NCBI GenBank assembly: GCA_963693055.1
Contig: OY843751.1
Coordinates: 416,001-480,000 of the forward strand
Source: a bacterium
Lineage (GTDB): Bacteria; Zhuqueibacterota; Zhuqueibacteria; Residuimicrobiales; Krinioviventaceae
Length of the DNA stretch: 64,000 nucleotides
Direction: 5' to 3'
Shown piece by piece: positions 38,921 through 48,741 of the stretch (position 1 is the first letter of the stretch; every line of letters begins with the position of its first letter). Below the pieces are notes generated by a model. It worked only from the letters and a program-made list of their open reading frames with translations, did no database searches and was not told where the DNA came from. A program made the position numbers and the translations under genes.

Positions 38921-40501
38921 ATGAAGTTGAAAACTGTTTTCGTTCTATTTTTGTTGGCTGTAGTATCTTTGCCTTTAGTAGCAGAACCCTGGGTAGCCGA
39001 TTTGGGAGACGGCACCTATAAAAATCCGGTATTGTTTGCGGATTATTCGGATCCGGATGTGATCCGTGTGGGAGATGATTTTTATATGGTAGCATCCAGC
39101 TTTACCTGTATTCCCGGAGTACCTGTACTGCATTCAAAGGATCTGGTCAACTGGACTATCATTGGTCATGTGTACGATAGACTGCCCCTGGAAAAGTACA
39201 ATGAACCGGTGCATGGTGAAGGCTCATGGGCGCCGTCTATACGATATCATGACGGTATGTTTTATGTCTATTTCTGTACCCCGCATGATGGATTATTTAT
39301 GGCACAGACCAAAGATCCTGCCGGCAAGTGGGAACTGCATCATGTTGTGGATGTGGAAATGTGGGAAGATCCTTGTCCATTATGGGATGATGATGGAAAC
39401 GCCTACCTTGTGCGCAGTAAACTCCGTGCTGATATTTTATATCTGCATAAAATGAGCCGGGATGGAAAACAGATCCTGGATAACGGTGAAATTATCTATT
39501 ACAATGTGGACAAGCACCCGACCATTGAAGGACCAAAGTTTTTGAAAAAAGACGGGTATTACTATATTCTGGCACCTGCAGGTGGCGTAGGCCAGGGATG
39601 GCAGACTGCTTTGAGATCAAGGAATATTTATGGTCCTTATGAAGATCAGATTGTTTTACACACCGGCAGTACGGATATTAACGGCCCGCACCAAGGTGGG
39701 CTGGTAGAGTTGAAATCCGGCGAGTGGTGGTTCATGCATTTTCAGGAACGTCAACCCTGGGGACGTATTGTGCATCTGCAACCCGTACATTGGGAAAACG
39801 GCTGGCCCATGATGGGTAAAGACATTGATAATGACGGAATTGGTGAACCGGTAGCATCATGGAAAAAACCGGATGTTGGTAAAACCTGGCCGGTTGAAAT
39901 TCCACAGACTACAGACGAGTTTAATGAGAAAGATCTGGGAATGCAATGGCAGTGGCAGGCAAATCCCCAGGATGCATGGTATTCTTTGACTGCGAATTCC
40001 GGCAACATGCGCTTGTATTCTACCCGGAACTTGACCCAGTTTGGTAATTTGCTCTTTGTGCCCAATCTGTTATTACAAAAAATAGCTTCACCCGAGTTTA
40101 CTGCAACGACCAGGCTCGTTTTTAATCCCGAATTACCAGATGAAAAAGCAGGGCTGGTAATGATGGGTAACGAGTGGGCGCATATTGTAATGAACAATGA
40201 TAAAGACGGTTTGGAAATTGCCATGTATGTGGGCAAATATGACCGTGAAAATGATGCTACTCAGAAAATTGAGGCCGTTAAAGTTAAAGACAATACCTGT
40301 TATTTGCAGTTAACGTTTAAAGAAAATGGCGAGTGTTCATTCTATTACAGTCTGGATGGTAAGGATTTTCAATCCCTGGGCACAACCTTTGATGTTATTG
40401 AAGGGCATTGGATTGGCGCCAAAGTGGGTATATTTTGCAGCAGTCCCAACATGCAGCTCTCCAAAGGCTATGCTGATTTTGACTGGTTTAGAATGGAATG
40501 A
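38921..40501 (+). CDS. GH43 beta-xylosidase/arabinofuranosidase with C-terminal beta-sandwich
   Basis: YKNPVLFADYSDPDVIRVG, HSKDLVNW, WAPS, EDP, IEGP, HQG, ADFDWF. Confidence 0.93.
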   Translation: MKLKTVFVLFLLAVVSLPLVAEPWVADLGDGTYKNPVLFADYSDPDVIRVGDDFYMVASSFTCIPGVPVLHSKDLVNWTIIGHVYDRLPLEKYNEPVHGEGSWAPSIRYHDGMFYVYFCTPHDGLFMAQTKDPAGKWELHHVVDVEMWEDPCPLWDDDGNAYLVRSKLRADILYLHKMSRDGKQILDNGEIIYYNVDKHPTIEGPKFLKKDGYYYILAPAGGVGQGWQTALRSRNIYGPYEDQIVLHTGSTDINGPHQGGLVELKSGEWWFMHFQERQPWGRIVHLQPVHWENGWPMMGKDIDNDGIGEPVASWKKPDVGKTWPVEIPQTTDEFNEKDLGMQWQWQANPQDAWYSLTANSGNMRLYSTRNLTQFGNLLFVPNLLLQKIASPEFTATTRLVFNPELPDEKAGLVMMGNEWAHIVMNNDKDGLEIAMYVGKYDRENDATQKIEAVKVKDNTCYLQLTFKENGECSFYYSLDGKDFQSLGTTFDVIEGHWIGAKVGIFCSSPNMQLSKGYADFDWFRME

Positions 40502-40505
40502 GTGG

Positions 40506-40702
40506 CCCACTAAATACACTGAAATGAACTTGATTTGTCCACCCAAAGGCTTGGGATTTTTGGATGGATTAAATTCCTCTATGCTTTTTTTACCCACAGA
40601 TGACACGAATTTTGCTATGATTAGCCCGGCACCTCTGAGGTGCGGGGCTATTTTTATAAAAGCTTGCCCACGAATGATACGAATTAACACTATTCATACT
40701 AA
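40506..40702. repeat. Intergenic mini-array of three CCCAC-RAAT-type motifs separated by hairpins
   Basis: cccactaaatacac (40506), cccacagatgacacgaatt (40593), cccacgaatgatacgaatt (40667); hairpin tagcccggcacc-tctga-ggtgcggggcta (40622-40650) followed by ttttt. Confidence 0.55.
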
Positions 40703-40724
40703 TCAAGTTTCACACCTTGGCGTT

Positions 40725-41777
40725 TTACCTCGTAAACTGCCGATAAAAGAAATCCATTATATCTTTTTCCAGAGCATCGTTTAAAAACACTTCAAACGCC
40801 AGCCAGTAATGCCCGTTTTGAATTTGTCCACCAACATCACCGGTACCACCATCTTTCATGAGCCAGTCAAATAGATACGAAGAATACGAGCTGGGCAGTA
40901 CACGCAGATTAATGTTTGCGAGTTTTGCCCATTTGCGGAATTCATGCTCTGGTACGGATTTATCATTGACTGCAAGTATAGCGCGGATGCGTTCCGGATT
41001 TTTGATTTGAGCGGCAGTATTTAACGGTTTGAGCGGCAGTGTGCGCCAATGGCTGAAATAGGCGCTGGTATCTACATCAAACTCTTTGAACGCGTCCTGC
41101 CATGAGATTTCCACTGAGGATTTTAATACTTCCAGAATATCTCCACCGGTTACGATGTAAATTGGAATATCCTCCGGTAAATAGGGAAGGGCAGCGCTAA
41201 TCAGTATGGCGCCATTGCTATAACCTGCCAATGCAATTCGCTTATGGCGGAACAGGGGGAAATGCACCACTTCTTGCACAAAGGTGATAAAATGCTCCAA
41301 TACAAGTTCCGCATTTTGTTGGTCCTGCGCAATATATCGAATCAAGGATCTGCCGGAATCGGTTGGTGACTCTACCCAGGGCTCGGGGGGCCTGAACCAG
41401 ATGGCGGTGTTGAATCCCGCTTTCAGGAACTTTTTTACCATCATTCGGGATACCGGAGCGCTTTTTTGCAGGATTGGCAATTGGATAATCAACAGATCAT
41501 TCCCCTCATCGTGATAGAGCATGGTGCTTATATCAAAATCCCGGCTTTCGCTGAAAGAATTTTCTTTTTGCAAGGTGGGAATGGTATGGCGTGATCGAAG
41601 TTGTATTTCATACTCACCACTTTTAATTTCTCGCATTTTATACTGGGTATATTCGCGGGTATTGTGCCAGGGTTCATCCCAATCAATACGCATATATTGA
41701 TGATCTGTAATCAAACTGAATGCATGGTTAGCTGGAATGATTAAAAAGAGAACTATTATGATTGTATATTTTTTCAT
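40725..41777 (-). CDS. Secreted alpha/beta-hydrolase-fold protein
   Basis: Signal peptide; GYSNG elbow, NDKSVP and GH candidate catalytic triad. Confidence 0.6.
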   Translation of the reverse strand: MKKYTIIIVLFLIIPANHAFSLITDHQYMRIDWDEPWHNTREYTQYKMREIKSGEYEIQLRSRHTIPTLQKENSFSESRDFDISTMLYHDEGNDLLIIQLPILQKSAPVSRMMVKKFLKAGFNTAIWFRPPEPWVESPTDSGRSLIRYIAQDQQNAELVLEHFITFVQEVVHFPLFRHKRIALAGYSNGAILISAALPYLPEDIPIYIVTGGDILEVLKSSVEISWQDAFKEFDVDTSAYFSHWRTLPLKPLNTAAQIKNPERIRAILAVNDKSVPEHEFRKWAKLANINLRVLPSSYSSYLFDWLMKDGGTGDVGGQIQNGHYWLAFEVFLNDALEKDIMDFFYRQFTR

Positions 41778-41966
41778 TTGTCATTCTGTGTAATATCCTG
41801 TTTGAAAATAGGATTATTTTTATCAAAAGTCAATTGGCTTAATCGTTTTATGTTGTTTTTGGAATGAAATCATGTATGCGTTGTATTACAACTTGTAAAG
41901 TGGTCACATAATACAGCTTTACCTGGTTTTTATTTAATCAGTATTACATTTTTGGAATTTTTTTTG

Positions 41967-41995
41967 TTGTATTTTGTTATGATTTTTATTATAAT
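41967..41995 (+). promoter_or_regulatory. sigma70 promoter of the ilv-leu operon
   Basis: TTGTAT, 17-bp spacer, TATAAT, 30 bp before the leader ATG. Confidence 0.65.
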
Positions 41996-42024
41996 CTTTT
42001 ATATTATATAATAGAATTGGGATT

Positions 42025-42189
42025 ATGAAAAAGAATAAGTCGGACAATTTCGGTTTTAACCAGGCTGCAAAGAAAAAAGATGCAGTTTGTGCCGTACTTT
42101 ATTCAAACCTCTTCTTGTACCTCTCAAACACAATTTCTCTAGTGCTATCGATTTTGATTATTATTGTGCTACTACCTGTGGTAATTTAA
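42025..42189 (+). CDS. Putative ilv-leu operon leader (attenuator) peptide, 54 aa; absent from the ORF track
   Basis: MKKNKSDNFGFNQAAKKKDAVCAVLYSNLFLYLSNTISLVLSILIIIVLLPVVI*. 15 of the last 18 codons are Ile/Leu/Val, including four CTA codons. It lies directly upstream of ilvD. Confidence 0.8.
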   Translation: MKKNKSDNFGFNQAAKKKDAVCAVLYSNLFLYLSNTISLVLSILIIIVLLPVVI

Positions 42190-42293
42190 AAATTTCTGAC
42201 CTCTTACATTTTCATGTTTTATAATAACTTGAGGTCAGTACCTTAGGTCAGGGTTTGGTACAAGTTGAACATTTATTTTAGAAAGGAAAAAAA

Positions 42294-43964
42294 ATGAGAT
42301 CAGATACCGTAAAAAAAGGATATGAACGAGCACCACATCGCAGTTTACTTAAAGCTACAGGCGTTAAAGATGAAGATTTTAACAAGCCTTTTATTGGTAT
42401 CTGTAATTCATATATAGATTTAATTCCGGGGCACGTTCACTTGCAGGAATTTGGCCGCAAAGTCAAAGAAGCTGTGCGTGCAGCGGGTGGTGTCCCTTTT
42501 GAATTTAATACCATTGGTGTTGATGATGGTATTGCCATGGGGCACAAGGGAATGAATTACAGTCTGCCATCCAGAGAGATCATTGCAGATAGCGTTGAAA
42601 CTGTTGCCACAGCGCATTGTTTAGATGCTTTGGTATGTATCCCCAATTGCGACAAGATTGTTCCCGGCATGTTGATGGGTGCTTCACGCATCAATATACC
42701 CACTATATTCATATCGGGCGGTCCTATGAAAAAGGGTATCAACTCTAAAGGTGAACCTGTGGATTTGATTTCGGTATTTGAGGGTGTAGGGCAATACTCG
42801 TCCGGTCAAATTGGTGACGCAGAACTCAAAGACCTTGAAGACAATGGGTGTCCCACTTGTGGAAGCTGTTCAGGTATGTTTACTGCAAACAGTATGAACT
42901 GTTTGTGTGAAGCCCTGGGAATGGCACTGCCCGGTAATGGAACTGTGCTCGCTGTGGATCCCAAACGTGACGAGTTGATTGCAAGTGTTGGTGAGCGCAT
43001 TATGGATTTGATAGCCAAAGACGTTAAACCCCGTGACATTTTAAATAAAGATACCTTTATGAACGCCTTTGCACTGGATTTGGCAATGGGTGGCTCAACC
43101 AATACCATTCTTCATACGTTTGCAATTGCTCACGAAGCGGGAATTGAATTGAGCCTTGAAGAATTGAGTGATTTATCTAAAAAAGTGCCATATTTGTGTA
43201 AAGTATCTCCGGCCACTAAAAATGTACATATTGAAGATGTTGACAATGCAGGCGGAATATCTGCCATATTAAAAGAGTTGTCAACTATTCCGGGTTTGCT
43301 CAAACTTGACAGACCTACAGTATCCGGTGTTTCACTGGGTGAAAATATCAAAGACGCGGATATACAAAACACTGAGGTAATACGCAAAAAAGAGAATGCT
43401 TATGCACAGACTGGTGGTTTGGCTGTACTGTTTGGCAACCTTGCACCTGAAGGCAGTGTTGTTAAAACCGGAGCGGTAGCACCCGAGATGTGGGACCATA
43501 CCGGACCGGCAAGAATTTTTGAATGTGAAGAAGATGCCTTTAAAGCAGTAAATGACGGCCAGATCAATCCTGGAGATGTAATTGTAATCCGTTTTGAAGG
43601 TCCGAAAGGAGGTCCGGGTATGCGCGAGATGCTTGCAGCCACATCCGCAGTGATGGGTCGCGGTCTTGGCAGCTCGGTTGCTCTAATCACCGATGGGCGA
43701 TTTTCAGGAGGTACCCGAGGCGCATGTATTGGGCATGTAAGTCCCGAAGCAGCAGCGCACGGCCCTATTGCCGCACTTGAAGAAGGCGATATGATCCATG
43801 TTGATTTGAATAAAGGGCTTTTAGAAGTTGATATGAGTCAAGAAGAAATGCAAAAACGTATTTCTGCTTTACCCAAGTTTGAGCCCCGAATCAAAACGGG
43901 TTGGTTGGCTAGATATACACATTTTGTAAAATCAGCCAACACAGGTGCGGTGATGGAATATTAA
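42294..43964 (+). CDS. ilvD: Dihydroxy-acid dehydratase
   Basis: [51 protein letters not shown]. Confidence 0.97.
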   Translation: MRSDTVKKGYERAPHRSLLKATGVKDEDFNKPFIGICNSYIDLIPGHVHLQEFGRKVKEAVRAAGGVPFEFNTIGVDDGIAMGHKGMNYSLPSREIIADSVETVATAHCLDALVCIPNCDKIVPGMLMGASRINIPTIFISGGPMKKGINSKGEPVDLISVFEGVGQYSSGQIGDAELKDLEDNGCPTCGSCSGMFTANSMNCLCEALGMALPGNGTVLAVDPKRDELIASVGERIMDLIAKDVKPRDILNKDTFMNAFALDLAMGGSTNTILHTFAIAHEAGIELSLEELSDLSKKVPYLCKVSPATKNVHIEDVDNAGGISAILKELSTIPGLLKLDRPTVSGVSLGENIKDADIQNTEVIRKKENAYAQTGGLAVLFGNLAPEGSVVKTGAVAPEMWDHTGPARIFECEEDAFKAVNDGQINPGDVIVIRFEGPKGGPGMREMLAATSAVMGRGLGSSVALITDGRFSGGTRGACIGHVSPEAAAHGPIAALEEGDMIHVDLNKGLLEVDMSQEEMQKRISALPKFEPRIKTGWLARYTHFVKSANTGAVMEY

Positions 43965-44003
43965 TTTGATTGATATGATATTAACCAACAGATAGGTAAT
44001 TTT

Positions 44004-45731
44004 ATGGAAGCTGCAGCAATGAAGAAAAAAATGAGCGGCGCAGATATATTTTTTGAGAGCTTGAGACGAGAAGGTGTTGACACTATTTTTGGGTATCCTG
44101 GTGGCGCTGTGTTACATATATATGACCGATTATATGATGTGGATTTTTTGCATCATGTACTGGTTCGTCATGAACAGGGTGCAACCCATATGGCCGAAGG
44201 ATATGCAAAGGCAACCGGAAAGCCAGGTGTGGTATTGGTTACATCCGGACCCGGTGCAACCAACACAGTCACCGGTATTGCAGATGCTTATATGGATTCA
44301 ATTCCTATGGTCGTCATTGCTGGACAGGTTTCCAGTCATTTGATTGGTAATGATGCATTTCAGGAAGCAGATACAACCGGTATAACCCGGTCCATAACAA
44401 AATGGAGCTATCTGGTTACACGCATTGAAGATTTGGCGCCAACCATACGTAAAGCGTTTCATATTGCAACCACAGGGCGCCCGGGTCCCGTGGTGATTGA
44501 CCTTTGCAAAGATGTTGTAATGAGTTCCGGTATTTTTAATTACCCTGAAGAACTGGAGCTGCGAGGGTATAAACCCCAGGTAAACGGACACCCGGTGATG
44601 ATTAAAAATGCGGTTGATGCAATTAAAAAGGCCAAAAAGCCTTTAATCTATGCTGGTGGCGGTGTAATACTGTCTAATGGTGGAAAACAATTGACCGAAT
44701 TTGCTCGAAAAACAGGTATACCCGTTACTTTGACTCTTCATGGTTTGGGTGGATATCCCGGAACAGATGACCAATTTTTGGGTATGCTGGGTATGCACGG
44801 AACCTTTACCGCAAATCAGGCGGTGAATGAATGTGATTGTTTGATAGCTATTGGAGCACGGTTCGATGATCGTGTAACCGGCAGAGTGGATAAATTTGCA
44901 ACCAAAGCAACAAAGATCCATATTGATATTGATCCGGCATCCATTAATAAAAATGTTCAGGTTGACTTTCCGGTTGTTGGGCAGGTGTCTAATATTCTGG
45001 CGGAAATGATCCATCATTTTGATGGCAAAATGGAACTGGACGATTGGTGGAAACAGGTCAATGGCTGGCGTGAGCAATGTCCGTTAGAAGTACCGGAAGA
45101 AGACGGTAAATTACGTCCCCAAAATATACTTAAAAAACTGTCTGATAGAACAAAAGGTGATGCAATTGTAGTATCGGATGTAGGTCAGAACCAAATGTGG
45201 GCGGCCCAACATTTTCTGTACAATCATCCCCGTACCCATATTACATCAGGTGGTTTGGGCACAATGGGATTTTCTGTACCGGCTTCCATTGGTGCGGCAT
45301 TTGGTGTTAAAGATAAGCCGGTAATCTCTATCTCAGGAGATGGCGGATTTCAAATGAATATTCAGGAATTGATTACGGCGGCTTATTACAAACTGCCTGT
45401 TAAATTTATTATTTTTAATAACAGCTATCTGGGTATGGTTCGTCAGTGGCAGGAATTGTTTCATGATTCACGTTTTTCTTTTACGGATCTGTCACACAGT
45501 AATCCGGATTTTATTAAAATTGCCGAAGGTATGGGCTGCAAGGCCCGTAAAGTTACCGAAATGTCAGAGGTGGATGATGCCATTGATTGGGCATTTTCCA
45601 TTAATGATGGACCTACCGTTCTCGAGTTTACCACTGTTAAAGAGGAAATGGTATTTCCCATGGTACCTGCAGGTGCAGCTGTTAGTGAAATGATTTTAAA
45701 ACGCTTGAATCCTGATGAATTTGACGTATAA
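44004..45731 (+). CDS. ilvB: Acetolactate synthase large subunit
   Basis: FGYPGG, RHEQGA, TSGPGATN, GMLGMHG, RFDDR, GGLGTMG, GDGGFQMN, MVRQWQ. Confidence 0.96.
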   Translation: MEAAAMKKKMSGADIFFESLRREGVDTIFGYPGGAVLHIYDRLYDVDFLHHVLVRHEQGATHMAEGYAKATGKPGVVLVTSGPGATNTVTGIADAYMDSIPMVVIAGQVSSHLIGNDAFQEADTTGITRSITKWSYLVTRIEDLAPTIRKAFHIATTGRPGPVVIDLCKDVVMSSGIFNYPEELELRGYKPQVNGHPVMIKNAVDAIKKAKKPLIYAGGGVILSNGGKQLTEFARKTGIPVTLTLHGLGGYPGTDDQFLGMLGMHGTFTANQAVNECDCLIAIGARFDDRVTGRVDKFATKATKIHIDIDPASINKNVQVDFPVVGQVSNILAEMIHHFDGKMELDDWWKQVNGWREQCPLEVPEEDGKLRPQNILKKLSDRTKGDAIVVSDVGQNQMWAAQHFLYNHPRTHITSGGLGTMGFSVPASIGAAFGVKDKPVISISGDGGFQMNIQELITAAYYKLPVKFIIFNNSYLGMVRQWQELFHDSRFSFTDLSHSNPDFIKIAEGMGCKARKVTEMSEVDDAIDWAFSINDGPTVLEFTTVKEEMVFPMVPAGAAVSEMILKRLNPDEFDV

Positions 45732-45769
45732 AAATTGAAAGTAATGAACATAGATTGAGGAATTAAACC

Positions 45770-47176
45770 ATGTCAACCCCCAAAACCTTGTTTGAAAAAG
45801 TATGGCAAAACCATGTTGTTTTTACAGAACCGGATTCTCCATCCATTTTGTACATCGATCTGCACCTGGTTCACGAAGTAACATCTCCCCAGGCATTTCA
45901 GGGACTTCGTGACAAGGGATTAAAAGTACGCAGACCCTCACAAACTGTGGGAACAATGGACCACTCTATTCCTACAACAGATCCATCAATTCCAATTCAG
46001 GACAAGCTTGCAGCAGCACAAATTGATAAAATGGTGCAAAACTGTAAAGAATTTGGTGTACCCCTGCACGATATGAAAAGCAGCACACGCGGTATTGTGC
46101 ATGTAATTGGACCGGAGCTTGGACTCACCCAACCGGGTATGACGATTGTTTGTGGTGACAGTCACACCGCTACACATGGTGCCTTTGGAGCGCTGGCTTT
46201 TGGTATTGGAACAAGTGAAGTTGAACACGTGCTTGCAACCCAAACGTTGTTACAAAATAAACCCAAAACCATGAAAGTACAGGTAGATGGTGAATTGCAA
46301 CCGGGTGTAACTTCAAAAGATATTATTCTTGCATTGATTGCAAAAATTGGAACCGGCGGTGGAACCGGATATGTGATTGAATATGCAGGCAGCGCTATCC
46401 GTTCGTTGAGCATGGAGGCCCGTATGACCATTTGTAATATGAGTATTGAAGGTGGTGCGCGCGCGGGTATGATTGCTCCCGATGAAATCACTTTTGAGTA
46501 TATCAAAGGTCGTAAATATGCTCCACAAGGTTCGGCATGGGATGCCGCGGTAGATTACTGGAAAAGCTTACCATCCGATGAAGGTGCAGAATATGACAAG
46601 GTCGTAACTTTGGATGCGTCTGCATTGAAACCCATGATCACTTTTGGAACAACCCCGGGTATGGGCATTATGATTGATGAAAATGTACCTGATCCGGCTG
46701 CTATTTCTGATACCAATAAAAAACATGCGCTTGAAAAAGCTTTGACCTATATGGGGCTTGCACCTGGTCAGGCTATTCAAGACCAGAAAGTGGATGTTGT
46801 ATTCATTGGTAGTTGTACAAACGGACGTATTAGTGATCTTCGTCAGGCTGCTGATATATTCAAAGGCCGTAAAGTTGCAGAGGGTACCCGTGTTATGGTT
46901 GTTCCCGGATCGCAGCAGGTAAAGAATCAAGCTGAAGCAGAAGGTCTTGATAAAATTTTTAAGGATGCTGGTGCGGAATGGCGTGAATCCGGATGCAGTA
47001 TGTGTATTGCCATGAATGGTGATCAGCTTGTACCCGGTCAATATGCTGTAAGTACCAGTAACCGAAATTTTGAAGGGCGTCAGGGTAAAGGTGGACGAAC
47101 ATTTCTTGCCAGCCCACTTACCGCTGCAGCTACAGCAGTGACCGGTAAAGTTACCGATGCACGTACATTAAGTTAA
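45770..47176 (+). CDS. leuC: 3-isopropylmalate dehydratase large subunit
   Basis: [42 protein letters not shown]. Confidence 0.97.
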   Translation: MSTPKTLFEKVWQNHVVFTEPDSPSILYIDLHLVHEVTSPQAFQGLRDKGLKVRRPSQTVGTMDHSIPTTDPSIPIQDKLAAAQIDKMVQNCKEFGVPLHDMKSSTRGIVHVIGPELGLTQPGMTIVCGDSHTATHGAFGALAFGIGTSEVEHVLATQTLLQNKPKTMKVQVDGELQPGVTSKDIILALIAKIGTGGGTGYVIEYAGSAIRSLSMEARMTICNMSIEGGARAGMIAPDEITFEYIKGRKYAPQGSAWDAAVDYWKSLPSDEGAEYDKVVTLDASALKPMITFGTTPGMGIMIDENVPDPAAISDTNKKHALEKALTYMGLAPGQAIQDQKVDVVFIGSCTNGRISDLRQAADIFKGRKVAEGTRVMVVPGSQQVKNQAEAEGLDKIFKDAGAEWRESGCSMCIAMNGDQLVPGQYAVSTSNRNFEGRQGKGGRTFLASPLTAAATAVTGKVTDARTLS

Positions 47177-47230
47177 TTGGATTCGAATACTAGCCGGAAT
47201 TTCCGGTTTGACATAAAACACGAGGTAGCT

Positions 47231-47839
47231 ATGGAAGCCTTTACAACATTGACTAGTAAATTTGTTTCAATACCAGTAAATGACATTGATACAGATCAAA
47301 TTATGCCGGCCAGATTTTTAAAAGTAACTGATAAAGCCGGTTTGGGAGAAAATGTGTTTTTTGACTGGCGTTATAATGAAGATGGCAGCAAAAAATCTGA
47401 GTTCGTTTTGAATCAACCCAAAGCACAGGGTGTTAAAATTTTAATAGCGGGTGATAACTTTGGCTGTGGATCAAGCCGTGAACATGCACCCTGGGGTTTA
47501 ACAGGATTTGGCTTTAAATCCATAATAAGTACCAGCTTTGCAGATATTTTTAAAAACAATTCATTAAAGAATGGTCTATTACCGGTTGAAGTGGAAGAAA
47601 AAGTGTTGCAGCAATTGTTTGATCTTGCTGAAGCGGGTTCTGACGCTGAATTAACCATAGATCTGGAATCTCAAACTGTAAGTTTACCTGATGGCAGCAA
47701 GGTGGGATTTCCGGTTGATCCGTTCAGTAAAACATGTCTTTTAGAAGGGATCGATCAGTTGGGGTATCTTGAGAAATTTGCAGATAAAGTTGAAGAATTT
47801 GAGACAAAAAATTCAGCAAGAGTAAATACACTCGCCTGA
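47231..47839 (+). CDS. leuD: 3-isopropylmalate dehydratase small subunit
   Basis: DIDTDQI, NFGCGSSREHA, FADIF..N..KNGLLP; SD gaggt before ATG 47231. Confidence 0.96.
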   Translation: MEAFTTLTSKFVSIPVNDIDTDQIMPARFLKVTDKAGLGENVFFDWRYNEDGSKKSEFVLNQPKAQGVKILIAGDNFGCGSSREHAPWGLTGFGFKSIISTSFADIFKNNSLKNGLLPVEVEEKVLQQLFDLAEAGSDAELTIDLESQTVSLPDGSKVGFPVDPFSKTCLLEGIDQLGYLEKFADKVEEFETKNSARVNTLA

Positions 47840-47847
47840 TAAAATTT

Positions 47848-47876
47848 ACACCCCGATTGCTATTAATCGGGGTGTT
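47848..47876. terminator. Hairpin between convergent leuD and the Cys-rich ORF
   Basis: acaccccgatt-gctatt-aatcggggtgt. Confidence 0.6.
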
Positions 47877-48414
47877 GTTCTATTAATTCAATTGTGTCTA
47901 TTTTATCAATTTGAAGAAAAACAATATCTTCTACTTTTTCAGTAGTAATCATTAATTTTTGCTTTATTAAATCATTACCGGTTTTGACATCAATTTCAGC
48001 AAATTTTTTTACTACACCGGTGCCGTTTTCAAGTGTTTTGAGAATTGAGCTGTTTATCATACAACCGGTACAGTGTTTACTCTTTCCGCAAGTTCCATTC
48101 TTTACAAAATGAACACAATCAAACACCTCTCCACCAACAAAATTTTCAATTTTTTCAAGTGGTTTTTCAACCATGTGACTTCCGGCTTTGTTGGCTGTTT
48201 TGACAATGTTTTGAGCATCAACCAGAAATACAGGTTTCTCGAATTTATTGAGAAAATTTTGTATCGATTTTCTCTTTTTATTGTGACCGTATTGCAATTT
48301 TTCTTTACAATCCAAGCATATACCATGAGTAATATTGTATCTCGGATTAGATGTTTCAAATGCAGCCGGCCCCATATCCATTTTGCACCAGGCGCAAACG
48401 CGTTGCACTATCAT
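47863..48414 (-). CDS. Cys-rich hypothetical protein (CAWC...HGICxxC plus PAS-like region)
   Basis: VCAWCK, ITHGICLDC, PVFLVD...KTANKA, and a second Cys cluster CVH...CGKSKHCTGC. Confidence 0.7.
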   Translation of the reverse strand: MIVQRVCAWCKMDMGPAAFETSNPRYNITHGICLDCKEKLQYGHNKKRKSIQNFLNKFEKPVFLVDAQNIVKTANKAGSHMVEKPLEKIENFVGGEVFDCVHFVKNGTCGKSKHCTGCMINSSILKTLENGTGVVKKFAEIDVKTGNDLIKQKLMITTEKVEDIVFLQIDKIDTIELIEQHPD

Positions 48415-48741
48415 ATAAATTAAACCCCTAAATTATCAACAATGAATAATTAAGTTACTCATTATAATAATACATTCAAACATTGTTTTTGCATAAAAGA
48501 AAAAGGTGCGTTATTTCACGTATTGAAATAATATTTCTTTTTCTTTTTAACGTTGAAATGGCATGTATGTTGCTTTTTATTATTTACATGATATAATAAA
48601 TTTTATGATTGTTCGAGTCTTTCTTTAAGCTTTTGTAAAACATATGTTTGGGTAAGTGTGTATTTTGCCATGACTGCAGTACCTAAGTATCGTTTTGTGC
48701 TCTCGCTGAAAAATTTTCCCTTTGGATGAAAGGAGTATCTA

